Assembly: GCA_043803105.1 (NCBI GenBank)
Contig: JAZDKJ010000006.1
Span: forward strand, 96,001-160,000
DNA length: 64,000 bases
Source of the DNA: Candidatus Woesearchaeota archaeon
GTDB taxonomy: Archaea > Nanobdellota > Nanobdellia > Woesearchaeales > JAZDKJ01
Direction: 5' to 3'
The notes under the pieces are model-generated. The model was not told the DNA's origin, made no database searches, and saw nothing but the letters and a program-made list of their open reading frames with translations. Shown in pieces: positions 12,601 to 21,245 of this stretch. Made by a program: the position numbers and the translations under genes. How positions within the stretch are numbered: the first letter of the stretch is position 1; every line of letters starts with the position of its first letter.

Positions 12601-15600
12601 GATTGACCTAAGCCCTCCTTTAGTCACATTGAAGCTTCCCTTGAATTATACCCAGAGCTTTAGCAATGATGTTGTCTTCACCTTCAATGTTACCGATGTT
12701 TCGCCCCTAAAGAATTGTAGCCTGATAGCAAACAGTACCATATTGGCCTCAAACTCGACAATTGCGCGCAATGTCACGCAGGATTTTGCTCTCACAGTTC
12801 CAAGCGGCTCTTACCTCTGGAGCATAAACTGCACTGATTCCTCAGAGCACTTTCTCAAGTCCAGCTCAGAGAAGCGCGTCCTTGTTGTCGGCCCTGATGT
12901 GATAGGCCCGACTGTCCGGCTTACAAACCCCCCTAATAATGCTCAGGACACGGACGGAAACGTAATCTTTGAGTTCAATGCCTCAGACTTTGCCTCGGCG
13001 TTGAAGAATTGCAGTCTTATATTGAACGGTCACCTCAACAGGACTAAGGACAATCCCCCTGAGAACACCTACCTGAACTTCACTGTCTACAATCTTGGTA
13101 ACGGGAATTATACCTGGCAGGTAAACTGCACTGATGATTCATCGAATTTCAACACTGCAGCCTCGGAACAACGCCTTTTGGTGGTGGGTGTAGACCAGTC
13201 TCCCCCTGCCATTACTCTCTACTCGCCGGCAAATCTCTCAATCTACAACAGCAAGGACGTGGTTTTTGCCTTTATGGTTTATGACTACTCATCATCTGTG
13301 CCGAACTGCAGTCTCATCTTGAACAGCAGGTTTAACCAGTCAAAGAAGCCAGTTGTTGAGCAAGCCCCTCAGTATTTCTACTTGCAAGACCTTGCAGACG
13401 GCTTTTACAACTGGAGTGTGAACTGCACTGATAACATGTCAAACGTGGGAGCATCATCCACCTGGAAGGTAACAGTTTTCAGGCCGCGCCAACTGATTGC
13501 AGATGTATATGCAAGTGCTCCATCTTATGAGCTTGGCCTGACAGCTATTATTGTTGCAAATGTGACCAACTCCTCAAAAGGTAGTATGAACGCAACTGTC
13601 TTCTCTGATATTATCAGGGGCAATGCCACATCGCCGTGGTGGAGTTCCAGTTGGAAGCATAGGCTGCCTGTAGACATAAATTCCACAAACCTGACCCGCA
13701 AGGATTCGCTTGTCGAGCTGGCAGTCAATTTTACCAAGCTTCTGAAGACGGATATTGGCAACCTCACGGTCAGGTTTGATGCAAATTCAGTCAGGGTGGT
13801 GGAGTGGGCTTCCAACCAGTCAAAGGAGACAGTCTCCCAGTTTGACCAAGGTCCTTCCTTCAACAAGTCAAGAAATGCTATCGGCACAGTTCGCTGGATT
13901 ATGAATGGTACAACCCAGCAGAATACAATTAGAAAGTTCTATGTCTATTTTGACGTAGAGGAGAACGGCGCCAAATCACAGCCAAACTATGCAAAGCCCT
14001 CCTTCACATTCAAAGGCTCAGGCAAGAGTGTCCTTTATGACGGTGCCTCCCAATCAGCTGACCGCTTGACTATAAGGAAGTCTAACAGCTCGTTTACCCT
14101 GCAGTTCGGTAGCGGCCAGTCAAATACAAATCAGCAGAATGTGCACTTTCAGGGCGCCGGAAGCATCTGGAATATTACAGTCAACCGGACGCGGCTGACC
14201 AATTATTTTGACAGCATTGTCCCGATCTCCATTTACAACAGCTACTTCATCAATGCCAACTCATCGTCGGTTGTGCATTCGGGTGCTGTTCTTTCTGCTG
14301 TCAACATTCCAGGCTATATCAACGCAAGCCCTGGCTCTAAGGTGAACTTGAATTATTCTGTGTGGTTTACGAACGACGAAATCCGGCTTCGCGCCAATCT
14401 TGTTGCACAATTCAGCCAGGCAAACAACAACCCTGCAAGCTACTTCAACAACCTCTGGTTTGCCTACATGTTTGATTATTTGTCAAGCTGGAACTCGTTT
14501 GTGCATAGGCTGAACTCTTCAACCTATGGCCAGACCCACAACTATCACTCTCCAACAACGATGCAAGATACCACAAACCAGTTCAATGCCGGCCGCTGGT
14601 ATTCAGAGTATTGGGCTACAGTAGGCTCCCTCAACTTGTATGCAGAAAAATTCCTGCTTAATGGTGCCGCCAACACCGTTGGAGTAGTCACTTATGATGA
14701 TTATTACAATCCTGCCCAGGGAAAGCTGACTGAGTCTGACGCAGCAGGTTTTAACTACAACCAGGACAAGGCGATAGCTGCTCTTGACAAATACAACCTG
14801 ACTGTCTGGCTCGTGTTTTCCAGGAACGGTAGTTATCGTCGCGGCAGTGTATTAAGGTCAGAGCTCACCACTCCGCTCTTGATTCGACAGAGAAATCCTG
14901 AGACTCTGATGAAAAGACAGTCAGGCGTCACAGGCAGCCAGGGCTTTATTTCCTATCAGTGGGCAACCTCTGGCAATAGCCTGGGGTGGTATGCTGCAAC
15001 TATGCTTGCTAACAAGTCATTGTATTATAATGGGGCTGATTACTTCCCTTTCCAGATAACCCAGGACATAACAAAGCCGAATGTAACACTGATTAGTCCT
15101 TCGGGTTGGATCAATTATTCCTCAGTTCTCTTTACTTATAATGTCTCTGAGTCAAATCCGCTTGTTCCGAATTGTTCTCTAATCATTAACGGCAAGCTCA
15201 ATAAGACTAACAAGACAATTACCAACAATGCAAGGAATTATTTCAGGTTGTCCAACTTGGGAAATGCAGACTATAACTGGACCGTGAACTGTACTGATTA
15301 TGCAGGCAATGTTGCATCTGCTCTAACCAAAAAGATAATGATTGACACTGTAAGACCTCCCCTTAACATCTCATTCCCGCCCCAGTCAGCCCTGCTTTCA
15401 AGCACAAAAGTGGATTTCAACTTTACTGTGACTGACAATCGGGCCACCAACCTTACCTGCGAGCTGTTTGTTAATTCTGCCTTGAGGAAGACTGTTGTTG
15501 CTTTTAACAATACAAGAACAAACATGACAACCAATCTCTCTGACGGGACCTACACTTGGTATGTCCGTTGTACTGATTGGGCATCAAATCGGAACACCAG

Positions 15601-18241
15601 TTCTGTAAGGTCGCTCTCGGTTGATACTGGCCCGCCAACCATTCAGCTGATAAGCCCTGCGCCCGGCTCTTATGATAATGATGGCAACTTTGTGCTTGTG
15701 TATAAGCCATACGACACAGGCGGTCTTAAAAATTGTAGTCTAATAATAAACAACAGGTTGAATCGGACAAATCAATCTGCTTTGAAAAACAACCTGAACA
15801 ACAATTTTACGATTTCTGGATTTGGCCAAGCTGCTTACAACTGGAGTATTAACTGTACAGATATTTTTGGACGGGTTGCCAATTCTTCTACCAGAACACT
15901 TTATCTGGATCTGTTCAAGCCTTCAATTTCTCTTCTCAAGCCATTGCCAGGCTCAATCTTTAACATTAGCACTGTGAAATTCAACTTTACTGTGTATGAC
16001 TCATTTGACTGGAACCTAGTCTGCAACCTTACTGTTGATTCTGCCGTCCGCTCTCCAAATATTGCAGTCTCTAATGGTACCATCGGCTCCAGCTCTGTTT
16101 CCGGCCTCGTTGATGCTGTCCATTATTGGAATGTTTCATGTTGGGACCATGCCTCTAACAAGAACACCTCGCGTACGCAGAACTTTACAGTAAGGCAGCC
16201 ACCAATAGTGCGTCAATTGCTTCCGTCAAACAACTCATGGTCCCAAAATCACAACGTCACCTTTTATTTCAACGCAACTGACAATGATGGTATAGAGAAT
16301 TGCTCGCTCTTCTTCGACAACAAGTTGAATCTAACCAAGACGGTAATTGTGAACCGTGTAAAAAGCAACATCACCCTGGTTGATGCCCCACAAGGCCTGC
16401 ATAACTGGAGCATCAGGTGTTTTGACAACAGTTCTCTTTTCAACAACGCTTCAACCCCTGTATGGCTTGTCAAAATTGATTACACTTTGCCTAATGTTTC
16501 TCTCATCTCTCCAGCCACAGGCACTTGGAACCATTCAAGCACAGTCTCGTTTTCCTATTCCTTTGTTGAGGCTAACAAGGATGTTTGCCAATTGTATGCT
16601 AACTTCAGCGGCTCTTGGAAAGGCAATGCTTCAAACAGGACAATGATTTCCGGCCAGGCAAACAAACTCACAACAACCGTGCGTGACGGAAGCTATAAAT
16701 GGAATGTTAGATGCAATGACTCTGCTGCAAACATTGCATTTGCAGGTTCTAACTGGACCATAAGAATAGATGCCACTCCACCCTCGATAAGATTAAAGGC
16801 ACCCGCAATGAATTATTGGGACAATAATGGCCTCGTTGTCTTTAATTTCTCGTTCACAGAAAAGTATCCTGACAAGTGCCAACTGTGGGCCAACTTCTCA
16901 AGCACTTGGAAAATGAATCAGACCATAAACAGTCCTCTGCCAAATGTTGATAACTTGTTTGATCAGCTAAATCTCCCCGAAGGTGCCTATAAGTGGAATG
17001 TTTGGTGCAATGATTCTGCAGGAAACTTTGCGTGGAACTCAACCAACCAGACACTCTTTGTTGACAAGTTTTCGCCTCACCTCTTGCTCATCTCCCCACT
17101 CAATGGCTCGAACGCCTCTGCCGAAGTTTACTTTAATTTCACAGTTTCCGATAATGTGGACTCCAACCTGACCTGCAACCTCACTCTTGATAACAAGGTC
17201 AATAGGAGCAGGCTTAATGCCTTAAGCGGCTCAGTCACCTCTGTTCTGGTTGAGGGTCTTAAGATGGGATATCACAATTGGAGCGTTTTGTGCTGGGACA
17301 ATGCCCTTCATTACAACCAGTCTGCAACACTTTGGTTCAACGTGAGCTTAAGTGATTTGATTGCGCTCTACACCAATTTGCATTTTAGCGACAACACTCC
17401 CGAGGAAGGTGTCAATATTACTGTCAACGCGACTATCCTGAATGACGGTGGTACAGATGCATTCAATATTACTGTAAGGTTCCTTGAGCGGAAGCCTTCT
17501 GGCGCTTTCTCCCAAATAGATGGATTGAAAATAGTAAATATTAGCGTTGGTGCCAATGCCACATTAGCCGTTCCCTGGACACCTAAGATTGGTTTGTATT
17601 ACATTCGTGTTGCGGTCGATCCTGCGAACAAGATAAAAGAGATCAGTGAGTCCAATAATAATGCTACTGCCAACATCACAACCTCGCTCTGGCATACAGT
17701 TAGGGGTAATGCTACCGGCGCCCTTTCAGTAAGTGATACTACCAATAGCTCAATTTACAGTTGGTCTGTATTGAACTCGTCAAGAAGCAATGTCTATGTT
17801 GCAGATTCTGATTCATTGATTTTATGGACCAGGCTTGAACCCCTTACAAGGAACCTTTCACATCACCTTAGGGTTGTTGATATTGAATATCTTGATCGCG
17901 GCTTGGGCTCTGCAAACCTTACCGATTCGCTCAACCGGACCTTTGTCTCTCAAGGTTCAATTCTCGCCACAAGGAATATATCTGTCTACAACAGGCTCCT
18001 GTTGTATGTCCCTGTTGCGAATAGTACCAACAGCTCCGAGTTTGTGACAGGCATTCTATGGGATGCCTCTGACCTGGATCTTGGTTTCTACAACGGGACC
18101 CAGGATGTTGTTTTTGTCACCCAGGTTCGCGCCCCGACCAATTCATATGGTTTTGGTTACGAATTGAGGATTCCTGCTTATCTGAGAAGCTACAAGACAA
18201 ACACTTTAGGGACTGTGACCTTTTACACAGAGCTAAAATGA
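3620..18241 (+). CDS. Giant secreted surface protein 1 (~4873 aa): Ig-like repeats, triple tail-collar/HxH module, DUF2341-like and lectin-like inserts, CARDB domain, conserved C-terminal domain
   Basis: The true start is ATG 3620 (MNKAIVFIGLFVILAALSYS signal peptide), not 3389. It has dozens of ~100-aa repeats with NCxL...YxWxVxCxD, two WW-x2-SW-x2-R DUF2341-like starts and a CARDB-like VDPANKIKEISESNN. N-x-S/T sequons are very dense and there is no C-terminal TM. Confidence 0.92.
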   Translation: MNKAIVFIGLFVILAALSYSEESIFTDKFEYQAGETVNIFIGANLSPALELDIIFSGQLFTFSSTNNSRYAFKPRTAGEYFVTLVNLSSNRSVAVISFKLLGQSLRWVRCTDHASYNIADRVLIAFNSSIIDLNLSVGDRTYQFAGDLEKPVMFRPLFPGAYLVQATDHTGESLFCNFSVSGNQSVVGPQILNNTHFVSPPRFKLHDSRKHELLVLNYSINSSEAVVLPLNSFAKKIVFHGLHNSTNLSLGLDEVSGSVPSPSGVRWKRVFAIDPSNLNFTSALVTLRAQGKALYKCREWDFSRQQCLGSWEKVKDITPGIDYNITLGPEDPGYAEAEINIINVQSYPQVGGTWTVMFTTVGSADLVITPINGTTWNGPGQDLMFMEIRCGESPLSFSWINNSVVVSNFSCNDTAYEVSKVLTSGKHLLEFSFGASKAYARNAAGDGYLIMLWDKATIPTNWTCISCTSTSPFYQRLPRGNSTYGAPSGSATHTHAVSLLSISYASSTVFGGETNTDATSTTHTHAVASQTSSSASSLPRYRNLKFIMYNYKVPKTLPAGIIGLFNSSPPAFWTLYSKEDGYFIMGENTTSTGGANSHNHTVSSFSLDATGDLAGRVWTNQAGDDARANHQHTVSPPTSQSASTMPPYIHVILANLSKDSPLPIGLIGMFNDTPSAYWSLLSSLGGKFSGKFIVGNSTAYGKTSSSQSHAHANYFFASGAATTNRLSRSSGTVVASDSHTHNVTLSFTNVTNLPPYINVIFSWSRAGWAYPNVTQITPAPDYVDSATSPTIQVNFTCRITDDYDAKNLSLYLTNNNNRSIKLNETCLIPSVNGSCSWIKGLRTGNYTWNCEGFDETGLGSFTKNRTVRLLWANSKPPIITITRPKNNTFSKNPVILNLTTDEDAVCRYSTTSTFSFAAGTLFSKTGTTIHGTNLGTLSNSTTYVYYVKCNDTVGNVNNVSNQAAVQFTVDNKPPRITLNIPVNGYNTTSEIVNFTWTTYDALDTNITCNLTLDSAVISASKYSPNNSKTSIVSSVTEKIHQWNVSCWDSAGNRNTSSTSIFTRRIIKAVLRVQTRNYTYKQNKAVNLTTRKVYDSGDLEPSTVLVTSYNRTGTVEYNFTSYSAKGHSAFYSDSAGSQPPASGPSINGEAVFTAAAYNALNKSDDSRADFGNVNDFRSHRFQFRINETSAIMTKLGFYYEGYDAGGDVYPLQFFLWDFSQQSWVYLGEHLSYTTDGIITATKSSSLASYVNSSHYLDIAVVTGNPGSAKTLYTDYVYVNVTKHDELDGDASSGFTNYSNVIAGNFTKLLDAYVRLQVTAYNASGSKNASNTYPDIEIQLYDGSKFGYSYRCNLTGSLGLSSKQPTNCSVHVVNSTIVTAWTNSSNRRVRVRAVNLDSTTKASDLISWNGFFVRLESPSELQNYGDLNLTGRLIIQVKNSTGRVLGVLYNQSIKVRYNSSLNFSGLPISWNTDSYPLGMYRVYAGLFNASNGMIRNYDGTFVNDTSPFVIDYLRITAQSPTNRSVVDATSFWANLTLSYLSYKSGGWCAYSMDNKPNVSMRNNSATHFFNRTSNISVGQHSIRFFCNDTQKDISSSLKIYFNGTDQTGPQVLLTSPANEAEETDGNVSFFYNVTDLVSGIKNCTLEFNFAPEATKTSIQEAKNLNFSMAEIPNGGPYYWRVYCYDNSPARNIGYSSYRSFIIGTDTDKPVVTLSDPVDGYNTSNNDLPLIYRVYDPTTGIKNCTLVLNNKKNETRTNIIQQGFPYKYNNFTLQNLGDGNYTWSVNCTDTSSAHNQGNSSTWRFTVNRDTDFPIVYLVLPADNYTSSSGAMDFYFNVTDFSSGIANCSLLINGTVNSTIDNVTEGILQHLYVPGFKDGSYVWQVNCTDDSYDTNTNTSAHLHFNVERLMNMRLIMTAFMAEYQKGSQLNETVNITALLYDLVGYPLSGMVDSDFIKANTSVKWWNSSWQRRKPIYLNNSVPYNKPNYLVEVNITGLSSFIRNCTKEIRIVDIHNIEVPSQVISGNDLTWCSVAFKANVSASAVNENRYFAYHNYTLATKPSYKTIALKGWRTYNFSNRAVFGHHAYNSNNPSDGGPQPPNIGPALNNEVEFTPQQYSDVQFSDNSRATSGTVNTERSHRFVFNISANASDADSITFVWEGYTTGSGPSVVLYLWNYSSSAWVQFGTHSITSDRNLSNSLNGTSLSSFVHNNLLHIAAVSDDPSNAQTLYTDFVQAKVLTNTVTNNSKVGSTEVFVARLANSTGSDGILKMNLSTDFMELGFFSVVGLASTSSYFNTTNHTHYTVAIDHTSPQVLLKKPIDLNISYVSDISLFFNVTDLLSGIKNCSLILNNKVNLTNTTVSEGSTIGFSLYNLANGDYNWTVNCTDDSSLQNRGTAAKRKFTIAKDTVAPIASLKNPSPGWTDANGNITLFFNVTDNLMPTADCTLYFNSSRNETKQGLQTGAHTHNFTLTGLNNGFYSWFVNCSDTSSQRNYASSQTWNFSVTIDFATPLIKLRFPHNATQLTNENITFAYNVTDALFNVSNCSLYLNGELDQTNITIKELANNTFRYFYMAGPYNWSVYCIDSSENANAVMSDIWEFLVAPDNDGPLVNPVFPPDSIELSEGNITFYYNVSDFASDVENCSLFINQTGMAFSSNIAEGIKQNLSVVLQNGSYYWIVNCTDNSENHNTGASAARKLTIGLDRTGPTVTLLSPVPPYNDTDGNVLLQYSVIDYASGVRNCSLFINDKVNATNSTIAESENLHFRLSTLSNGFYTWHMNCTDTSSLANTGKSLKWNFTVTLDNEGPAVNLVLPDDYATDTDGNRIFYYSVDDVISGIVNCSLVINNKLNLTNSSRIIENALSNFTITGLGTGQYNWSVNCTDNSDNHNRKGAQTRHLTVVVDATAPVVELISPSDLTADNDGNRTFYFNVTDSLTNVSSCTLHVGPYTYINTSLLQGLTQSFKLSAMSNGVYRWNISCVDSSENQNNGISGSRTLTVRIDLSPPLVTLKLPLNYTQSFSNDVVFTFNVTDVSPLKNCSLIANSTILASNSTIARNVTQDFALTVPSGSYLWSINCTDSSEHFLKSSSEKRVLVVGPDVIGPTVRLTNPPNNAQDTDGNVIFEFNASDFASALKNCSLILNGHLNRTKDNPPENTYLNFTVYNLGNGNYTWQVNCTDDSSNFNTAASEQRLLVVGVDQSPPAITLYSPANLSIYNSKDVVFAFMVYDYSSSVPNCSLILNSRFNQSKKPVVEQAPQYFYLQDLADGFYNWSVNCTDNMSNVGASSTWKVTVFRPRQLIADVYASAPSYELGLTAIIVANVTNSSKGSMNATVFSDIIRGNATSPWWSSSWKHRLPVDINSTNLTRKDSLVELAVNFTKLLKTDIGNLTVRFDANSVRVVEWASNQSKETVSQFDQGPSFNKSRNAIGTVRWIMNGTTQQNTIRKFYVYFDVEENGAKSQPNYAKPSFTFKGSGKSVLYDGASQSADRLTIRKSNSSFTLQFGSGQSNTNQQNVHFQGAGSIWNITVNRTRLTNYFDSIVPISIYNSYFINANSSSVVHSGAVLSAVNIPGYINASPGSKVNLNYSVWFTNDEIRLRANLVAQFSQANNNPASYFNNLWFAYMFDYLSSWNSFVHRLNSSTYGQTHNYHSPTTMQDTTNQFNAGRWYSEYWATVGSLNLYAEKFLLNGAANTVGVVTYDDYYNPAQGKLTESDAAGFNYNQDKAIAALDKYNLTVWLVFSRNGSYRRGSVLRSELTTPLLIRQRNPETLMKRQSGVTGSQGFISYQWATSGNSLGWYAATMLANKSLYYNGADYFPFQITQDITKPNVTLISPSGWINYSSVLFTYNVSESNPLVPNCSLIINGKLNKTNKTITNNARNYFRLSNLGNADYNWTVNCTDYAGNVASALTKKIMIDTVRPPLNISFPPQSALLSSTKVDFNFTVTDNRATNLTCELFVNSALRKTVVAFNNTRTNMTTNLSDGTYTWYVRCTDWASNRNTSSVRSLSVDTGPPTIQLISPAPGSYDNDGNFVLVYKPYDTGGLKNCSLIINNRLNRTNQSALKNNLNNNFTISGFGQAAYNWSINCTDIFGRVANSSTRTLYLDLFKPSISLLKPLPGSIFNISTVKFNFTVYDSFDWNLVCNLTVDSAVRSPNIAVSNGTIGSSSVSGLVDAVHYWNVSCWDHASNKNTSRTQNFTVRQPPIVRQLLPSNNSWSQNHNVTFYFNATDNDGIENCSLFFDNKLNLTKTVIVNRVKSNITLVDAPQGLHNWSIRCFDNSSLFNNASTPVWLVKIDYTLPNVSLISPATGTWNHSSTVSFSYSFVEANKDVCQLYANFSGSWKGNASNRTMISGQANKLTTTVRDGSYKWNVRCNDSAANIAFAGSNWTIRIDATPPSIRLKAPAMNYWDNNGLVVFNFSFTEKYPDKCQLWANFSSTWKMNQTINSPLPNVDNLFDQLNLPEGAYKWNVWCNDSAGNFAWNSTNQTLFVDKFSPHLLLISPLNGSNASAEVYFNFTVSDNVDSNLTCNLTLDNKVNRSRLNALSGSVTSVLVEGLKMGYHNWSVLCWDNALHYNQSATLWFNVSLSDLIALYTNLHFSDNTPEEGVNITVNATILNDGGTDAFNITVRFLERKPSGAFSQIDGLKIVNISVGANATLAVPWTPKIGLYYIRVAVDPANKIKEISESNNNATANITTSLWHTVRGNATGALSVSDTTNSSIYSWSVLNSSRSNVYVADSDSLILWTRLEPLTRNLSHHLRVVDIEYLDRGLGSANLTDSLNRTFVSQGSILATRNISVYNRLLLYVPVANSTNSSEFVTGILWDASDLDLGFYNGTQDVVFVTQVRAPTNSYGFGYELRIPAYLRSYKTNTLGTVTFYTELK
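4955..5910 (+). repeat. Three tandem phage tail-collar-like repeats, each with two HxH motifs, within giant protein 1
   Basis: Each unit follows (P)xGxIxx[WF]...PxxW...[FL]xxG...HxH...HxH...[LM]P[PR]Y. The HxH pairs are HTH/HTH, HNH/HQH and HAH/HTH. Confidence 0.75.
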
Positions 18242-20394
18242 GAAGGTTTTTGATATGGGTGTTGTCATTTCTTGTTCTTATCCAGTTGGTCGCCTCGCCC
18301 CCGCCCCTTCCTCACAGTGTCTCAGGCACGATCTACAACTCAGATGGCATCAACCAGGTTTCGCTCGGAACAAAATATATTCTTAATGACACAACCATTA
18401 ATTCATTTGTTCTCGGCGAGACCAATGTTCCGATTCCTGGCATGTCAGGCATGTATTTTGAGACAATTGATGGTTCCGAATCAGATAGCCTAGCTATTTT
18501 GGCATGGAACTCTACTTACTACGGAAAAATGACTTACATCCTTGTTGGTGATATGGAGAATGTTGACGTTTCTTTGGGCACTTTACGGCCGCCCGAGGTA
18601 AAGGTTGTAATAGTGTCTCCTCTCAACAACACCAATGTGGAGATTAATGCCTCTTTCAACCTTACCGCTAACATCACCTCAATTGGCGGCTCATCAAGCA
18701 TCGGCTGCAATGTGACAATCAATTTCAGCAATCCATTCACAGTGCGCTTGAAGAATTCTGATGCTAGGCATTCGCTTGGCAACCTGCCACTAGCAAGCTC
18801 TGTCTTGACTAACTGGGAGCTTGTTGGTTCAAAGGGCTGGTCTGTGAATCTTACGGTGGCTGCAAAATGCTCTTCTGACTCCCAGAACTTTGACAATCTC
18901 AACCATTATACCGTCTATAATCTTGTTGTGAATGATGATGATCCCCCCATCATTCAGCTATTTGAGCCTTCAAACAATTCTTGGGCCAGGTCCTCACCTA
19001 CAGTATTTGTCTATCAGGTTAGTGACCTTAGTGGAATCGTGAACTGCAGTTTGTTCCTTGATGGAAAACTTAATAAGACAAACTTTTCTGTCTCCGATTC
19101 GATCAAGCAGAATTTCTCTATCCGCCCAACACAAGCCAATCACACCTGGAAGGTTTCCTGTGCAGATAATAGCAGCTGGCATAATCTCGGAACTAGCCTG
19201 ACCTGGTTCATGAGGGTTGATACTGTCGCTCCCAATATCACCTTGGTCGCTCCACCTAATGACACTGCTCGTGCCAACAATACTGTTGCCTTTGTGTATA
19301 ATGTGACAGACTCAAACCAGGTACTGAATTGTTCACTCGTGATAAACAGCTCTTTTTTTTCCTCTTCGTCATCAATCACTAAGGCAGTAAATTCTACAAT
19401 CACCTATACCCTCCGGCACGGCATGTATTTCTGGAGCATTAACTGCACTGATGCCGCAGGCAACATTGGCCATTCATTAAGCAGGGAACTTAACATTACA
19501 GACCCTGACCTTGAAGTTTCCAGTTTGCTGCTGAGTAATCCCAAGCCTGTTGAAGATGAGCTCGTGATTATTAACGCCAGTATCAGCAACATTGGTGATG
19601 AGAACGCTACTGGTATTGTCGTGAAGTTTCTTGAAGGAGACCCTGGTGTGGAATTCTCGAACTCAACAATAAACATTTCAAGGGGTAAAGTTGCTTATGT
19701 TGCTGCAAGCTGGCACGCCAAAGTGGGCCAGAACACGATTTTTGTGCTGGTCGATCCGCCAATTGAGACTAACGGATCAATCATGGAGATCCGAGAGGAC
19801 AATAACCTGGCAAATATTACAGTCTATGTGCCGATGTGGCAAATCTTCTACGGAAGCCTTTATGGTCAGCTCTTATTAGACACTACAGGTGATAGTTCAC
19901 TCGTAAGATGGTCCAATATAACTGACTTTTTTGGCAATGTTTATGTTGCAGATTCTGACTCCAGGGTTTCCTGGTCTTCTCTTTCTGCCTTGAGCCTCAA
20001 TCTGTCCTTTCAAGCGAACCTGTCAGACTTTCAGGTGCTGGATAATGCCTTGAACACCTCTGCATTCAATGATTCAATCAATCGCTCTTTTCTGGGCCGC
20101 CAAGGCTCGCCGGACAGGCGCACCTTTACAGTTTTTGACCTAAACATCACAGGGGTTCCTGTCATCAACAGCACCAATACCTCTAATTTTGTTACAGGCA
20201 TTCTTTGGGACTCGAGCGATTTGGCAATAGGGCATTACAACGGCACCCAGGACATAGTCTTTGTTGGAAACGTTCAGCACGCGCAGGGTTCTCATGGCAT
20301 TTATGATTATGAGGTTCGGATTCCTGCCTACCTGCGTTCTCTGGTGAATCCAAACAACCTTAACACTCTCACTTTTTATGTGGAGATTACCTGA
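18238..20394 (+). CDS. Secreted Ig-repeat/CARDB protein sharing the C-terminal domain of giant protein 1
   Basis: Signal peptide, N-terminal PPPLPH domain, Ig repeats and a CARDB domain. The C-terminal VYVADSDS...FVTGILWD...YNGTQD...RIPAYLRS...TFYxE is paralogous to that of giant 1. ATGA overlap. Confidence 0.9.
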   Translation: MRRFLIWVLSFLVLIQLVASPPPLPHSVSGTIYNSDGINQVSLGTKYILNDTTINSFVLGETNVPIPGMSGMYFETIDGSESDSLAILAWNSTYYGKMTYILVGDMENVDVSLGTLRPPEVKVVIVSPLNNTNVEINASFNLTANITSIGGSSSIGCNVTINFSNPFTVRLKNSDARHSLGNLPLASSVLTNWELVGSKGWSVNLTVAAKCSSDSQNFDNLNHYTVYNLVVNDDDPPIIQLFEPSNNSWARSSPTVFVYQVSDLSGIVNCSLFLDGKLNKTNFSVSDSIKQNFSIRPTQANHTWKVSCADNSSWHNLGTSLTWFMRVDTVAPNITLVAPPNDTARANNTVAFVYNVTDSNQVLNCSLVINSSFFSSSSSITKAVNSTITYTLRHGMYFWSINCTDAAGNIGHSLSRELNITDPDLEVSSLLLSNPKPVEDELVIINASISNIGDENATGIVVKFLEGDPGVEFSNSTINISRGKVAYVAASWHAKVGQNTIFVLVDPPIETNGSIMEIREDNNLANITVYVPMWQIFYGSLYGQLLLDTTGDSSLVRWSNITDFFGNVYVADSDSRVSWSSLSALSLNLSFQANLSDFQVLDNALNTSAFNDSINRSFLGRQGSPDRRTFTVFDLNITGVPVINSTNTSNFVTGILWDSSDLAIGHYNGTQDIVFVGNVQHAQGSHGIYDYEVRIPAYLRSLVNPNNLNTLTFYVEIT

Positions 20395-20398
20395 CTTG

Positions 20399-20413
20399 CA
20401 AAAAGTATTTAAA
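20399..20413 (+). promoter_or_regulatory. Putative BRE/TATA promoter of the KaiC-like gene
   Basis: CAAAAAGTATTTAAA ends ~35 nt upstream of ATG 20448. Confidence 0.45.
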
Positions 20414-20447
20414 CCATAAGAGCGCATCATTGCCAAAAGAGGTATGA

Positions 20448-21209
20448 ATGACAAATTCTGAACCTGAAAGGATTAGGGTGGGAGTGCCTGGGTTTGATGA
20501 CCTGATTGAAAAAGGCCTGCCTAAAGGCATCAATATACTGATTTCTGGTGGGCCTGGGACAGGCAAGACCACTTTTTGTCTTCAGGCGCTTGCCTATGGT
20601 GCGAAAAATGGCGAGAAATGTTTGTACATGTCATTTGAAGAAAGCAGGGAAAGGTTGTTGCAGCACATGCGAGACTATGGGTTTGACCCAGACAGCCTGC
20701 TAGAAAAAAATCTTCTTATGATAAAGTGCATTGACCCATTCCAGATTTCGCGTTCGGTTGAGGCCTTGCTGGCAAGCGCACGAGGAGAATTGCTGATTGA
20801 TATTAATGAGGTTGCACCGATGCTGCCTGTCGATTTTAAGCCTGACAGGATAATCTTTGATTCTTTATCTGCTGTTGCAGCTGCCTTCGCAGAAAAAGAG
20901 GAAGGCTTTAGGGTTTATATAGAACAGTTATTTCGGGAGTTGGGAAAAGTTGGAGCCACGTCATTTCTTATTTCTGAGGTGGAACAGGGGCTGACCAGAT
21001 ACAGCAAAAGCGGTGTTGAAGAGTTTCTGGCTGATGCAGTGATCGCTTTCTATAACCTGCGGAGGGAAAATCTGAGGCTAAATGCTCTTGAGATCATCAA
21101 GATTCGTGGTGCTGCCCACCAGAAAAAGGTCGTTCCTTTTAGCATGTTGTCTGGGAAAGGAATCGAGGTTTATCCTTTGGAGAACATTTTCACAACAGAC
21201 AAAGACTAG
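20448..21209 (+). CDS. KaiC-like (RecA-superfamily) single-domain signal-transduction ATPase
   Basis: GVPGFDDLI start, Walker A GGPGTGKT, SFEE, Walker B IIFDSL, EEFLADAVI, IIKIRG. Confidence 0.93.
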   Translation: MTNSEPERIRVGVPGFDDLIEKGLPKGINILISGGPGTGKTTFCLQALAYGAKNGEKCLYMSFEESRERLLQHMRDYGFDPDSLLEKNLLMIKCIDPFQISRSVEALLASARGELLIDINEVAPMLPVDFKPDRIIFDSLSAVAAAFAEKEEGFRVYIEQLFRELGKVGATSFLISEVEQGLTRYSKSGVEEFLADAVIAFYNLRRENLRLNALEIIKIRGAAHQKKVVPFSMLSGKGIEVYPLENIFTTDKD

Positions 21210-21245
21210 ACTTTTTTTTAACATAAAAAGTGCGAGTTCTAGTAT

